From NCBI GenBank assembly GCA_051294375.1, contig CM119269.1, positions 2,472,699 to 2,536,698 of the forward strand: a DNA stretch of 64,000 nucleotides, given 5' to 3'. The notes beneath the pieces were generated by a model, which saw nothing but the letters and a program-made list of their open reading frames with translations, was not told the origin of the DNA and searched no databases. This document shows, in pieces, positions 24,045-63,800 of the stretch. The DNA comes from Paraspadella gotoi (lineage: Eukaryota; Animalia; Chaetognatha). The position numbers were made by a program, and so were the translations under genes. The first letter of the stretch is position 1; every line of letters starts with the position of its first letter.

Positions 24045-26098
24045 GTGATTTAAAAAAGAATTAGTATTTAAAATATCGCCCATTAAATTCGTTATTCAAA
24101 GTACATATTCTAGACATATTAAGAAAACGTTTGTCACGATATTATACCATAGCGCATAATCGAAAATTAAGATTTTTTTTTTTTATCCTTCCGTTATGAT
24201 TTTACTACCTTTAAGGTATTAACAAAAACGACAGTGTCAACGAATAGCTGTGACATTAGAATTCATTAAACCAAAATATTACCAAAAGATATGACAAAAA
24301 TTAAAGCTTAGAATACAAATTTGTACTTAACTAGGGTAGATTTAGCAATCACCTTATCTATGCAATTTGTTAAAAAAAAACGCTTCATGTGAGATAACGC
24401 TTAATAAAAGCTATTACCGCTTATTATATCATGCTCTAAAACCATGCTAATATAAAAAATGCTCAAAAAAAATAGCCCGTTTTTTAGGCTCACTCATATG
24501 CAGTTTTATTAGTTTCAAATTTATCTTTTTCGTTTTTAAACATTTCTATGCTCTAATAAAACTGTGTATATTTGAGCTATTTGTCGGTAAACGTGGAAAA
24601 GTGCCCAAATGGAGTTGACTGCATTGATGCATATTGCCTTCTTGAAGGTTTAATGCTATTGTTCTTAAATCCTCAAATCTGATCTAGTCAAATTAAGCGT
24701 TTTGTTTTTGTACATTTAATTCCCTAAAAAAAACTTCGTCTCTTGTGATTTTGCTTATAGAAAAAAGTTGTATTGTACTTTTAAAAATGAAGATAATTGC
24801 AAAATGCTTCAAGGAGTAGCATGATTATAATTTTGCTTACATCATTCCTTACTTTCAAGCTGTCTATAATTAATTTTTAACAAGTTCATTTTAAAAAGTA
24901 GCAGCTTCTAAAGATTTAGAAAACTTTAGTCGATTTTGGTTTTGATTATTAACAATCGATAAATTTTAGGGTTTTTTTTTGGTAGAATTTGATTTGCTAT
25001 CCTTATTTTTTTTTAGATGCCTGATTAAAGACTATTTACTTGAAGAATACTCAATGAACTTGTGGTAGTGGCCGCCTTTCAAGACATTTAAAAAAGTTTT
25101 AAATATTATAGTTTGGACGAATTTTAGTAAAATAGTTTGGCTCAAACGAACTCATACAATACTTTGATCTACCTTCAAGTCGTGTAAAAACATTTAGATT
25201 TTTTGGCGAAAGATGAAACTGCCATGGGAATATATATTTAAAGCTCAAGAGCTAACTCTGCAAGGTTAAAACAAAGATTATAATTAAAAGACTTGTCATA
25301 TTATATTTAACTTTAGTACACTCACTAAAGACGGATTTTCCCTAACGTATATTCCCTATGGTTGTGCTGTATGATTACTTTTAAAATCCCTTAGCTTACG
25401 GCAGCATGAGTATATATATTTATTTTTTGTTGTGGTTTATCAATATGGACGTTGAAGACTGTATTTTGTTTTCTAATGTGTAGTTTCATTGTATTGTTGT
25501 GATATTTTTTCTTCCCATTCCCTCGTTTATAAACTTCATTCATATTTACATTTATTTATTTTTCTTTTTTCCTTCAACTAGTTTTGTCATTAGATTTTCA
25601 GTAAATTTTTTGCTAGTATATTCAAAGATTTAATTATAACCATTTATTATCTAGTTTAATAAAAACAGGCCAAACTGATAAAATTTAGTATTTAGAAATT
25701 TAGAGCAGTTTTAACATTAGTTTTCTCAAAATAAATTTGACGAACTGCACATTCGAGAGATTTTTAATTGGTTGATTTTATTTTTAAAAAATCAGAAGAA
25801 GTTATAAAGTATAAAAAAGTAATGACAACTTTTTTTATCATGAGCAAGATAGTTACTACTGTAAATAATCGGTATCCGAAAAAAAAAAACGCTTTTAACA
25901 TTTCCAAAAAAATGACTACGAGGTCGTTATATGTAAGTGTCATTTTTTTTAATGTAGTGATTATACTTTAACCATAGCTGTAAGTTTTCAGTGTTTTTTT
26001 TTTATAATGAATTTATATTTTTATCTTACTCAATTCTCGAGTCTTAAAAGAAACTACTGTATTGGCCTAGGGCGATCAAACTCCTCGAATAACAACAA

Positions 26099-27966
<1,868 letters not shown>

Positions 27967-28924
27967 GTTTGGTTGTCTAATGTTGTTTAAAATTTTAGCG
28001 CATTTTTTTAATTATTTTTTTTGGTCGGGAAAATTCCAAGCTGCTTTATTACATCATATTGCATAAGCATTACCAATGAGGTAATTTCAGGTAACCACAA
28101 CCATGAGTTTTTTTTTTTTTTTAAAAAGAAACTTTAATTTTCTTTCGTCTCATAAAGGAAAACCGGCAAAATAGAACCAAATTTTTTTGGGGCTAAAAAC
28201 TCAACTTACGAGTTTGTCATGTTCTTTGGGCTGAGCAGTGATTGATATATCTTCTTGAACTAGGACGAGTCAATGGAAAAAATAAAGGAAATAAGGAACG
28301 GCAATTCTAAATCGTAGCGCTGCATTAATTTTCGCATCCTGCATTGGTCTCGTTACAAAACAAGTACAAATAATGCGAAAGGCTGTCTCATACATCTACT
28401 TAATACGGAACCAATTGATACAGAATTACGTAATACGTAAGTTATTCATTTGTGGGACCGATGTCTTATAAAGTTGCTTTGATAGTAAATAAAAAGGAAA
28501 AAATGTACGAAACATTTATTAAATAGAACCAGACTACTTTTTGGGACCTTCTATTTTAAATTCTTTTATATATTATATCATTTGCTTACAAGAATGTTTT
28601 TTTAACTTTAAACTTTGTTTCCTTTGTTCATATGACCTTTGGTAGACCAAAGTTTATGACAGAAGATTTGCTCCGACGTCCCTTCGAGTTATAATTTAAT
28701 AACTTGGTCGATCAATTTTGAACCGGTTTGTATTTTGTATTTTTCTAAGCTACTAATAGGGGTAAATTGGGTAATAGGGGTATCCTAACTCAGTAAAGTG
28801 GTTAAGAAAATAGAGACTTTTTAAAAAAATTTGAATAGACAAACAATTTTTAATATTAATTACTCTATACTCCATGTATTAATTTTTTATTCGATAATAA
28901 CCTTTCGATTCGTTGTGTTATGAT

Positions 28925-29059
28925 ATTAGCAAAGAGAATTTGTTTTTGTTTCAACAACGATTTTTTTTTAATTTTGAAGACTCGTACTAGAGTCGAAACA
29001 TGTCTGTTTTATATTTAAAAAAATCGCTGTTAAAACAAAAACAAATTTTCTTTGCTAAT
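28925..29059 (+). repeat. ~45-bp inverted repeat enclosing a degenerate hammerhead-like core (Penelope-like terminal remnant)
   Basis: Arms attagcaaagagaatttgtttttgtttcaacaacgatttt / aaaatcgctgttaaaacaaaaacaaattttctttgctaat. Core tgaa-GACTC-gtacta-GAGTC-GAAACATGTC. GAGTCGAAACATGTC recurs at 29926-29940. Confidence 0.6.
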
Positions 29060-30460
29060 TAATTTTTTAATATTTATTCATAGATAGGAAAGGCTAAATT
29101 TTTTTTTTAGATTTTTTATTTGTAAGAACAGATTCAAGTAGCTTGCCAAAAGTTGTCAACACAAAGTATAATTTTTTGTTTATATTTTGATCATAAGTGG
29201 GTAAAAAGTAAGAAAAACCGGTAATAATCATCATCATCATCATCTCTCGATAATTTTATCACTTTTTCTTAATTTTGACCAAGAAAATGTAAGAATTTTA
29301 AAAAGTTGTAATCATATTTTGGCTATCAAAGAAGAGTGTTGTACCTAATGTTCCCTTTGCTTGGCCTTTTACGATTTACTTCTTAAAATTTAAATAGACT
29401 AATTAAAATGACTTTCGAATTTGAAAATACAACAGATAACTGTACCAGAAAAGGTCCAATCAAAATTAAAATTTAAAACTAATAAAAGCATAGAACAGAG
29501 AACAGGATTTCGAATCGAAGCTACAAACGTTATAGGTAATTAGGTATTCTATATAAAACCAAAAATTAATTTAAGAGAATAATTATAACTATTTGACAAT
29601 AATATAAAGAATAATAATAAACTATTATAATTATAAAGAGATAAACTGGCTTTTATCTGAAAACAGATTTTTTGCTCTAAAGTGCGCTCTGGTGGAGAAG
29701 CGAATCTGTTACGTCAGGAAGAAAACAAAAGATCAGTTTTATTTGCTTTACATAAACATTTCTTCGATTTTTCCGTTTTCCTGCCAATTGACATACGATC
29801 GTCGATCTTTTGCATTTCGCATTTAGCATTTTGAGTATAGTATGTCCGAGAAAAACCACTTAGGTATCATGTCATATCATATCATATCACAGTTTTCATC
29901 TGTTTTCTCTCTTATACGGTAAGATGAGTCGAAACATGTCCAATAGTCTGTAATAAAATCGTTGTAAAAATACTAAAAACTTTCGTTTTCGAATCTGCTG
30001 AGGGTAAGATAGAAAATATAATAGAAAATGTAAATGTGGTATAACCAAAATACAAAACGAAAAGAAAATATCTTCTCAATTTATTCATTACTTAAAAATT
30101 AGGAAATTTTTCAGAAAAAACGATATTTAGATAATTTTACAGGTTTGCAATTGTAATAAATCATGATGAACAAATATTTGATAAAGAAATGATTGAAATG
30201 AAACCATACGGCAAACGCGCGAAAAGAAAAGAAAAGACCAAAATGTATATAAAGTTTATAATAATGCTGGTCTGAGTTAAAAGCTTTTCAAACGGTTGCT
30301 TAATTTACGGAAATAAAGTAAATGTGACCTTATTTCAATATTCCCCAAAAAAGAATTGCTTAAGCTTGTAAGCGAACCCTATTTGTCCAAGCCAAGTTCG
30401 ACTCAACACTAATACATTTTGCTATCTGTGAAGATTACGATCTATTAGAAGTATCTTGGT

Positions 30461-53124
<22,664 letters not shown>

Positions 53125-54194
53125 CTGCCGGCCGGGCATGGGGGGGCGGGGGATTGGAGTGATGCGGAAAAGGGTGGAGGGGGAAGTGGGCGGAATTTTG
53201 TAATCTTCAGGTCAAGAAAAAATGACCGTGATCAAAAAACACTGACAATCCCCATTGGGGGAGTGAGATATTATTTAATGAAAATTTAAAACAAAATTAT
53301 CTTTTGTACGTGTTACCCAATATGACCCAATTAAATTTCAATTAAAACATTGAATAATATTTGACTGTTGCTGGAAGTATAGAAATGTACAATTTATTAA
53401 TTGCATCACTGAAACCGTTTGAATCGTTCGTTCCCTTCGCTCGCGTGGATGCGGAATAGAATTTGGCAAAAAGAAAAAAAGATGTGACTGATTGAAGTAA
53501 ATAATAAATTAAATGAATGCTATTTCGTAATAGATTAATGATATTATCAACCATTTGGGTGGGGCACCATCCCTTAATTAAGGGTTAGACTCGAAAAGCA
53601 AAAAAAGAAAGAAAATAAAATAAAAAAAGAAAAAAAAAACTTGCTAGAATACTAACCATTATTCATTTTTTAATCTTTTCCATTAAAAGAGGCTCTAGAA
53701 TTTAAACGGATTAAAAAAAGTTCACACTAAACTTAGCNNNNNNNNNNNNNNNNNNNNNNNNNNNNNNNNNNNNNNNNNNNNNNNNNNNNNNNNNNNNNNN
53801 NNNNNNNNNNNNNNNNNNNNNNNNNNNNNNNNNNNNNNNNNNNNNNNNNNNNNNNNNNNNNNNNNNNNNNNNNNNCGGATTCGACTCAAATTTAGAAAGG
53901 ACGGATATTATAAGTGATAAAGTTGCTATTTCAAAATTTGAAACTTCTTCTATTCTTAGTCCGTTGTTAACAAATNNNNNNNNNNCATCTCCGTCGACAT
54001 AATCGAATCACTTTCTTCTCTCTCCCGAATTTCATTCCATCCCCTGAACTTTTTATCCTCAAAAAATTTACGAGAAAATTTGGGTAAATATTTCAGTTGT
54101 TCCTTCTGATGTCGTTAAACTTATGGCCCATCGAACGGCCTTTGAGTGAATTATGCATTATTAGGGTCGCAGGTTGAATGTTTGGTTGTGTCAC

Positions 54195-54318
<124 letters not shown>

Positions 54319-54494
54319 GTTTAGGTCGGGGCGCGAGATAAGGGGGAAAAAGCATCCAACTCGTTCGAGGGAACACAAAGGAGTAGAAATCTTCAATGAG
54401 GCGAATAAGAAACGATGAGTACTGAAGAAATATGGAATGAAGGGAGAGGCGATGTTAGCGAGTGAAGATATCAGCGACAACATGTGGAAAAAAG

Positions 54495-54905
54495 AGAGGA
54501 AGGAGGAAAGAGATGTAGGAGGAAAGGGAGGAAGGAAGAAAGAGATGTAGGGAGAAAATGGAGGAAGGAGGAAAGAGATGTAGGAGAAAAAGGGAGGAAA
54601 GAAGAAAGAGATGTAGGGAAAAAGAGATGTAGGGAGAAAAGGCAGGAAAGAGGAAAGAGATGTAGGGAGAAAAGGGAGGAAGGAGGAAAGAGATGAGGGA
54701 GAAAAAGGAGGAAAGAAGAAAGAGATGTAGGGAGAAAAGAAGAGGAAAGAGGAAAGAGATGTAGAGAGAAAAGGGAGGAAAGAAGAAAGAGATGTAGGGA
54801 GAAAATGGAGGAAGGAGGAAAGAGATGTAGGGAGAAAAAAGGAAAGAGGAAATAGATGTAGGAGAAAAGGGCAGGGAAAAGAAGAAAGAGATGTAGGGAG
54901 AAAAT
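54495..54905. repeat. Purine-rich minisatellite (~33-bp unit)
   Basis: Repeated gaaagagatgtagggagaaaagggaggaaggag. Confidence 0.85.
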
Positions 54906-56112
54906 AAAAAAATGTAAGTTTGGGATCTAATACTTTATGTATGAAAAGTTCTTTTATTTTTTAAAACAAATTTATTGAAATATACTCAAATAAATTTAAC
55001 AAATTTAATTTCAAAATTAAAAATAAGTTTTTTGTTCATCGACGAAAAAGAAATGGCCATACTATTTCGTTTAATATAAAAAGTTAAAAGTTTTAAAAAG
55101 AACCATTAAAGTTTATTCACTGGAGACAAAATAAAGAGATAAATTACAGAATAGAAAGAAATACGCCATTGATATATGATATAAATATGATATGAATCAA
55201 TAAATATCGCATACTGGCATAGTGCCTTTTTAATAACGGGATAGAGTCTCTGGGTCCCCATATCGACTGCGAGTGAGTGTGATGAAGGAAGCACTTAAAA
55301 CCCATTGGAGAGAGAATAAAGCGGCGCGAGAGTCGGCGGCGTCGGCAGCGGCGGCAGCGGCGGCGTCGGGCGAAGAAAACAATTAATAAATCCATTAGCC
55401 GAGATGAAAGAAAGATCTTGATGAATAAGTCGCTCGAGGCGACGCTTAATTTCGTTAGTGGGTTCGGACGACAGAGGTGCTTTAAGATCGAGTGTGGTCG
55501 ATCACAACCCTAACAAGAACGGGTGATTACAATGTGTTGCGCCGCTCTGACTTTATTTTTGGTCCCACGATATGACTAAAAAAACTGATATGATTATGAT
55601 ATTCACTGCATAGAAATTCGAGTCCCGCAGTCCTTTAGATCTGAGGGTTTTTTTTCTGTCTTAACAAATGAGCAACCAACTATTTAGGCAAATTATACAA
55701 TTTTTTACCGTAAGTGGAACCGGACCGACAGACTGATCGAAAATTGACTTATATAGTTGCTCCGCGAGTACTCGCGGCGCAATTAAAAAACATCGTGACA
55801 AAAGATGTTGAAGAATCTTTTTAACTCATTGGATTTCTATAAATAGCCTAATTAGCGAATGTAGATTTAGTATCGATCAAAAATCTGCTCCTTCGAACCA
55901 TTCATTCCAAAAATTCATTTCAAAAAACTGGTATTCAGGATTTGTTCCCAACAGGTCCCGACGATTCGAATGTCAGATATAATCTCTTCCAGTCAGAAGT
56001 TATTCATAAATCGATTCATTTTCTCAAATCGAAAAGTTTATTCCGTCGAAGTCAAACGAAAAGCATCTGGGAAAAGATAACTTTAATGTTTACGCGAATA
56101 AAGTCGAAGTTG

Positions 56113-56185
<73 letters not shown>

Positions 56186-57472
56186 GTTCGCTCGTGGCGT
56201 CGGCGTCTCTCATTCTTCGACGGCGAACGAAACGCTTCGAATATGGCGCCGCTTTCGATTCTAAGCGCTTCGAGCAAATGTCCCATAAAATTTTGTTCGA
56301 CGACCGTGAACCGTGTAATCTTTTCGCGTGAACCCAAAATATTGCCGCCACGGCCCCGAGAAATGGCGTCGGGGGGGGGTCTTTCGTAGGGGGACTTTTT
56401 TTTTGGGGGGGAAGGAGGGTGGCTTGTAAAGGGTCGGAACAGTGCGTTGAATTAAGTGAAAAACTGTTTAATACCAGGACCAGGTAATTTTTAATTCATG
56501 ATAAGCTATTGATATGTGACTTATACGCAGTCTACACATTGAAAACGTCTGCCATCCACGCCTCGGCCGATTTCTCTTTTATTCTTTTGTTTGTTTTGAA
56601 AATCCTATTTTTTCGCCGTCAACTTTTTTTCAACCTTCGAAGTTTCGGATCCTTTAAGTCTTTTTTAAACTTTTCCAATTTTTGTTTGAACTCTACTTTA
56701 ATTTGCGGGACGACGGAAGGCTGAGCAATTTGGTAAAATTGTTCAAAGTTATATGATTGGTGCTCATCCGTTGATAAAACAAGAAAATTCAACATTCACG
56801 TATTTAGTGGTTTGTAGGAAGAATTTACCGATTAAATTATATTAAGGAAATTAAACTTTATTTCGTTTCGAACGTTTTCGTTTCACGCGAAATGATTATG
56901 ATTGATATTGATTATGATTATGATAATTATGATTATGACAATGATATAATAATAATAATAATATGATTATGATAATGATTATGATTGATATTATGATTGA
57001 GCCGAAGAAGTACCTGACTGCGACGCTTTTGATGCCGCGAAGGGCGAGCCGCTCGGGCCAAGCCATGATCCAAGAGAAAGCTTCACCGGTTGGGCAGATG
57101 TAGCAGGTTGTGTTGCAGTTGGAAGGGCAACAACAGCAGGAACACAGACAGGAGCAGGAGCAAGTCTGAAGGAAGAATAAGCATTTGATGAAATAGTATA
57201 ATCGTATTGAAGCAAAAAGTGATTCGTGTAAAATACAATATTTAATGAAAAAAAAATTTAATCCGAGTCACTTATGGAAAACAGTGAGGAGCAAAAAAAA
57301 AAGGAGGAAAGGACAATTCTAGACGTTGATGCCGATGAAATATGTTTTTTTTTTCGGAGAACTTTTTTTAAAAAACTCTTTTTCAAATTTTTTTTTCTGG
57401 TGAATTAAATTCGATTTTCTGGGTTTTCCTCTGCTTTTTTTCTCATCGTCGTCGTCTTCATCGTCGTCTTCA

Positions 57473-57503
<31 letters not shown>

Positions 57504-57612
57504 TATCTCCGTCTTCGAGGTCGTCGTCGTCCTCGAGATCATTATCTTCCTCTTCGTCATCATCGTTTTTAAACTTTATCCAATCCTAAAATATTGTTTT
57601 TTTTTGTCGTCA

Positions 57613-57701
<89 letters not shown>

Positions 57702-59282
57702 AGAGAGAGACGCGCCAGTTAATTTTCATTTGATTTTCAACATGTCAATGATTTATGGTGCATTGAAGATGATGGTGCGTGAAACGCCGAGGGGAAGATT
57801 CGCTCTCGGTTCAGATTTTTTAACCTTTTTTTTCCTTTTTTTATTTTTTGAGATAAAAAATATTTTAAAAAATATTTAAAAGGATAAAAAGATAGAAAAA
57901 CTTCTCTACCAGATCTTATTTTTTTAAATGTTTATAATTTAATTCGATATCGAGTAGAATGAAATAAGCGATCTAGACATTCTAGTACATTAAATTTTAA
58001 TACTTTACCATCGACTAGAGAACGAGTTATAGGAATTTAACGGCTTAATGGGACCAGACAGGGAGCTCTTAAGATCTTACTTAAGTTGTTTTTACGGTCG
58101 GTTATTTTTGGCGAGCTCGTTCGTTCGTTAGTTAACTCCTTCATTGATTGCATCGTTCGAGAGAAATGCAAGTTATATCACATACAATTTACATTTGTCA
58201 AGTTGAATAGGCCCAAAAAATACCTAACCTTCTTTCACATTTAAACCCATGATTTTTACCCATCATGCTCTTACTCAGTCAATTCGGGTCAACGTCCTGC
58301 AACCGTTCAATCAACGAATGAATTCCAAGAGTCCTTACCCGCCCCTTACCTGCCCGACGTTCGGGTGAGGTTGGTCCAACGACGTTGCCGACGCCGTCAA
58401 CTTTGACATCGAATTTAGAAATTAATGAGAAAATAAAACCGAAGTTAAAATCTCGTGAAAAAAAAAGGGAAAAACGACTTGGATTGAAAAAGTAAAAGAA
58501 ATATCCTCTAGCGGCAAACGCTGGGAGGCGGGGAGGCGGGGAGCAGCGGGAGGCGGGGAGCAGCGGCAGGCGGGAGAGGCGGGTAAAATTTTGATGAGCG
58601 GTGACTTATGGGTTGTGGAGTTAAGGGGAGGGGGTCTTCATGTATGAGTTGTTTGAAACTTGTAAGCCTGAAAACTCGCTCAGAGCGATGATCGAAGCTT
58701 GTCGTCGTTGTTGTCGTTGTCGTCGCTCGAGAGGTCGTCCTCTACTTTGTTCGAGGTCGTCGTCGTGATTAATGTCATCGGCGTCGTCGTCATCGTCGTC
58801 GTCGTCGTCGACGCCATGTTGATCATATAAATAGACAATCGTTATTGTTTTTCTCGAACCGGTCGAGTAGATATAGTAATATATATCGAGCAGAAGAACA
58901 AATCTAGAGTAATCTCGTTTCCTATTCGCGCACGGTATTTCTCTCTTTTCTATTTTATCGAACTGTTGTTGTTATTGTTGTGAGTGTAATTTCATTCTTG
59001 TTTTGTTTTGTTCTTATCTCTCTCGTTCTTCCAGACTCCTTGCTTTGTAGACCAGGCAGAAGGGGCGGGGCGGGGGACGGCGCGGAAAAGGTGAGCGGGA
59101 GAAAAGGGGGAAAATCGTTGCAAGTTAGTAAAGGACCTGTGACATTTCGTGTCGTCGTTGTCGTCGTCATCTTCGTCGTCGTCGTCATCATCGACGGAAA
59201 TGTTTTTAAAGTGCTTGCGATTAAAACAATCATTATGGTTTTCACCATCCACTTGATCGTTCGCTCGACTTTGTTTTCGTTG

Positions 59283-59421
<139 letters not shown>

Positions 59422-60849
59422 GTTTCCCTGGACGCTCGACAGTTGTGACTGGTTCATCCGTTGAATTTCATCATTATTTTTTTGATTAATCAAAAATACA
59501 AAGATCTATATAAATTAACTAAGAGGTATGAGTTATTCACGGGGACCTCACAATTAACTGCTATACAATTTTATCGTTATTTGTACGTGCTTACAAACAA
59601 AAATGTTATACCAGAATAACCTAATAACAATAAATGCTAAACCAGAATGTCATAATCTAAAGAGTGATCGATCGTAAAGTAAATTGCGATAAACAAAGGA
59701 GCAACGCCGTCTCGAATTGATTCGTAACGATTGTGCTGCCCTCGAGCGGAGGTCTAACTAAAAGTATAAAAGAAGGTCGCCTTTTGTTTTGACGAGAAAA
59801 ACCGACAAGATCGTAATTCGTAAATATGAGTTAAGCGCTCGAGTCAATTCGGCTGATCGTAAAACTTTCAGATTGGTATGAAGTAAAAAAAAACAAAAAA
59901 ACAAAAAAAAAACAAACTATTGTGCGTTTTTTTATTTGAGAATGTTGCGAATAGATATAATTATCATGATTTGGATCTGCGAAGCCAACGCCACCATTCG
60001 CTTCCATAATCGAGGGCGAATTCAGAAGGAGGGGGAATGAGGATTTTCTAACACTATGGTCTGTCGGGTCAGAGGTCAATTGAGAAGCAGGGACAAAGGT
60101 TCAGGTTTCAACTTTCCGTCCAAGTCAAAAGGGCGACGACGACGACGACGACGAGAAAAAACATGCATTAACGCGAAAATCACCTCGTTTTGACGTCGCC
60201 CCCCTCTTGCGCCTTTCTTAATGTCCTTTTTTTGAGCGCCTCTCTTAATGTACCCAGTTTTAATGCTCGTTTCTAATTCCTTTTTTTTTCACCATCGCCA
60301 AGCTCTGTACTAGGGTCTATAGAAAACTTAAATTGTCGGAGAAAAAAGCAAATTCAAATTCGATTTTTTATTTTTCATCTGCATTTGACAAGAGTCATGA
60401 CAAATTTCATTTACTGATAATAATTTTAAAGTTCAAAGTTTAAGTTCGATCCGACGAACTTGTTGTGAATATTTTAAAAAGCCTTGTTTTTTTATTCCAA
60501 TTCCTTATTATTTTTGGGCCCATAGACAAATAAAAATTTTGTCATATACTGCTAATATCTACCTAGTTATAACTATCTGTACGCTTCTCAACCTTTGAGG
60601 AAAATTTAGTAATTAAGTTGACATGAAATCTACCAAAAACTACTTATGTTTTTTTTTCGTTAAAATATTTTTTTTGTCTCCAATCTATTTTCTGAAATCA
60701 TTGTCGTGAATCGTGATCGCTCGTAATAAATTTAATTAGATACACGTAAAAACAAATTATTATATTTAAAAAATTTTTTTAACGAAGTCACAATTAATAG
60801 ATAATTATAAATAAAGAGTAAAAATCAACAACGAAAACAAATTTAGAAA

Positions 60850-63800
60850 TCAAGTACATGGAAGAATATTCCCTACAGATATCGAGTCATTCAGATTAAG
60901 TTTAACGCTTTGAACAAAAATATTTCTCATGCATCCATCAAAATGTTTTTCGAAAGCATTTCTCAGGAAATGATCTTCTAAAAATCTAGTCTCTGAATAA
61001 AATCCCGAGTACAAATTTTCCGCTCCGTAATGATCAATTGAATCGGGTCTTAAACCACCGAAATTAAACGAGTTTACGGTATCGAGTTTGCTGTAGCTCC
61101 CGGGTACAGTAGTCTCCATCATAACGTTTCCATCTAATCTCAACGACACGAAATTTCCATCCCTGTTCAAATCTAGACGGTACCATTTGATAATCTCCCA
61201 ACGAAACGGAACCGCCTTTTCCATTCCCGAAATGACTCGAGATTTGTAACCCAAGTTAATGACGAAGATCAAAGGTTGAAAATGATTTTGAGTGAGAGTC
61301 AACCCGACGTAATCGTTGTCCCTAGTAAATGGCGAGCCGTTCCAGAAGAGAAGACCCGAAGAGTCGTTCGATCTCAGCCGAAATTCGAAGCTCAATCGCG
61401 TGTAAGATGCGTCAAGGGCGTAGGAAGGCAACTGGAATGTCAAGAAAGACTTTCGAAAAAAGGAAATTGAGTCGTTGTTGTGTTGATTCCAATCAACGGA
61501 TTCCGTGCAAAGCTCTCCCGACCATCCTTGAGGACAAAGACAAACGAAACTATTTTCTCCGTCGATTTTGACCAGCGAGCAGATGGCGCCGTTTTGGCAT
61601 TTGGAGCTGGAATCTACGTTCAAACAGATCCTTGGCGTCTCGCATTTGTCGCCCGCGAATTGCGGCGTGCATTGGCATCCGGGCTTGAGACCTCCGCTAA
61701 TGGGAACGCAGGTTCCGCCGTGAAGACAAGTGGACAATCCGCAGGGACGATGAGCTTCTCCTCCGCGGATTCCATAGGCCTCTACGACATCTTCGTCGCA
61801 TCGAGATGCTGTGGCGTTGGTCAGAACGACTTTACACTCTTTGGGGTACAATTGGGCCAGCTGGTTGGGAAGGCAACTGTACCTTTTCCCGTAAACGATC
61901 ATTCCGTTTTTACACTCGAAAAAAAGAGAGCAAAAATCGTCGTGTTGATAGAATCCGTTGTCTTTGCTGCGGCAACTGAAAGAATGAGTAATTTTAGAAT
62001 CAACATCGAAACTATATTGACGCTCATTGACTATGACGCGACCAATATGGCCGCTGAACGAATTCCAATTGTTTTGATAGTCACGGACATCTACAGAAAG
62101 TTTGGAATGATCCGGAAATCCGCCTAAATAAAATCCCGATGAAATGTCCAGATGCGTCATGGAATGTTGAAGGACTTTGTTTTCATAAGTATCACCGACG
62201 ATTCCCAACCAGCAAAGGGAGGAATTTCTTCCAGCGTAAATTTCATACCATTTGTCTCTGATCGCAGTAATTTTTATTTCCAGCGTATCAGTCTTAACGT
62301 TTCCAGTATTAAACATGAAGACCAATTTATCATTTATAATCCCAATGAAAATAAAATCGCCGCTCCATTTATCCAATTGATGAGCCGCATAGAACAGAAC
62401 GCCATTCTGATTTATTTGAAATGGTTTGATGATGAGTTTTATTTCCGTTTTGCTCCTGATGTTGACGGGCAGCAACAGCATGTGAGATTGCAGCTCCGCA
62501 TCGAAGTATGGGTCGACAATGTCTACGTCCTTTGAGCATGAATTTCCACTCTTGCCAAAGGGACATTTGCAATTAAAATAAGTTTTATTATGTATCTCAC
62601 AAATTCCTCCGTTTACAAGACACTCAAATCCTTGCGTGGAATTTTCACAGCTAAAGTCAGGAATCTCGACCGAGTCAAAAATTTCGCTTGGAAAGTTGCT
62701 GTCTTGCTGGCAATCAAGCACGGATCTCGCATTTAATATCACATTGCTGTTTTCGGTTAAGTCTAACTGAAACCAATCGCTCCAAAATGATTTGTAACCT
62801 TTACGGACCCATACCTCATGAATACATCCAGAGAAACCTTCTGTATTATTCATAAAAACTTGGCTGTGTGTCTCTGGCAAACCGCCAATGAAAAGGGAAG
62901 TCCTTGGTGGTGTATTCATGTCCTTTAGGGAACCCGGTGATCTGCCAGAAGATTCAACAACCTTTGTACTCCTATTCAAGTCAGTAAAGTTGAGCCACCC
63001 GTCTTGACCATCTCGACCGAACGAGAGGAAAAATTCTGTAGTTTCCTGTTCCATAGTTAGTACTGATTGAACGCTTACAATTTCTGTTGGCCCGGAGCCT
63101 AAATCGTATGTAAAGACGATATATCCGTCTTGTCTCAAGTAAACACAGAAACCGTCCCATTTTTTAGCGGAAGGACTCGCTTGTCCATAGTAAAATATCG
63201 TTTGTGAGTTTTCAGATTTAGTCATGTTTTTGGAAAAAACCACATAGAATTCAAAACGCTTAGTAAGTCCGGTCAAGAAAATTTCTAAGTATGAATCATA
63301 TCCAAATGGCGACCCCACGAATCTGGGATTGCTGATTCTAATACTTTCTGTGCATCTGATACCGGATTGGCCGAACCCGCAAAGGCATAAGTGTGATTGT
63401 TCATTGAGTGAGAGGGTGCATGTTGAATCCCCATAGCAAGGATTCTTATCACAGATTTTCCGTTGGCAGAAAGTTCCCTCAAATCCGGGAAGACAGTCAC
63501 AACTCAGCTCGTTGTGGGCCACATTGATTGCAGAATCGGGAATAATCTCTTCGCAGCTTGCGTTATTTTTGCAAGGTTCGAAATCGCAAAGGCTCTGATT
63601 GCGTGTGTGGCAATTGTCGAAAGTGCCACGACTTTCTGAGGTATCTAATACAATGTCCCTCTCTTCTCCATTAACCATTAAATTCTGCATGCATCCTTTT
63701 GCACCGACAACGTTCATAGAGAGAAAGTCTATATGTAAACTGGAAAATTTATCGGATATTGATCCTAAGAAAAGAGTAATTAAAGTTTGATTAGACCATA

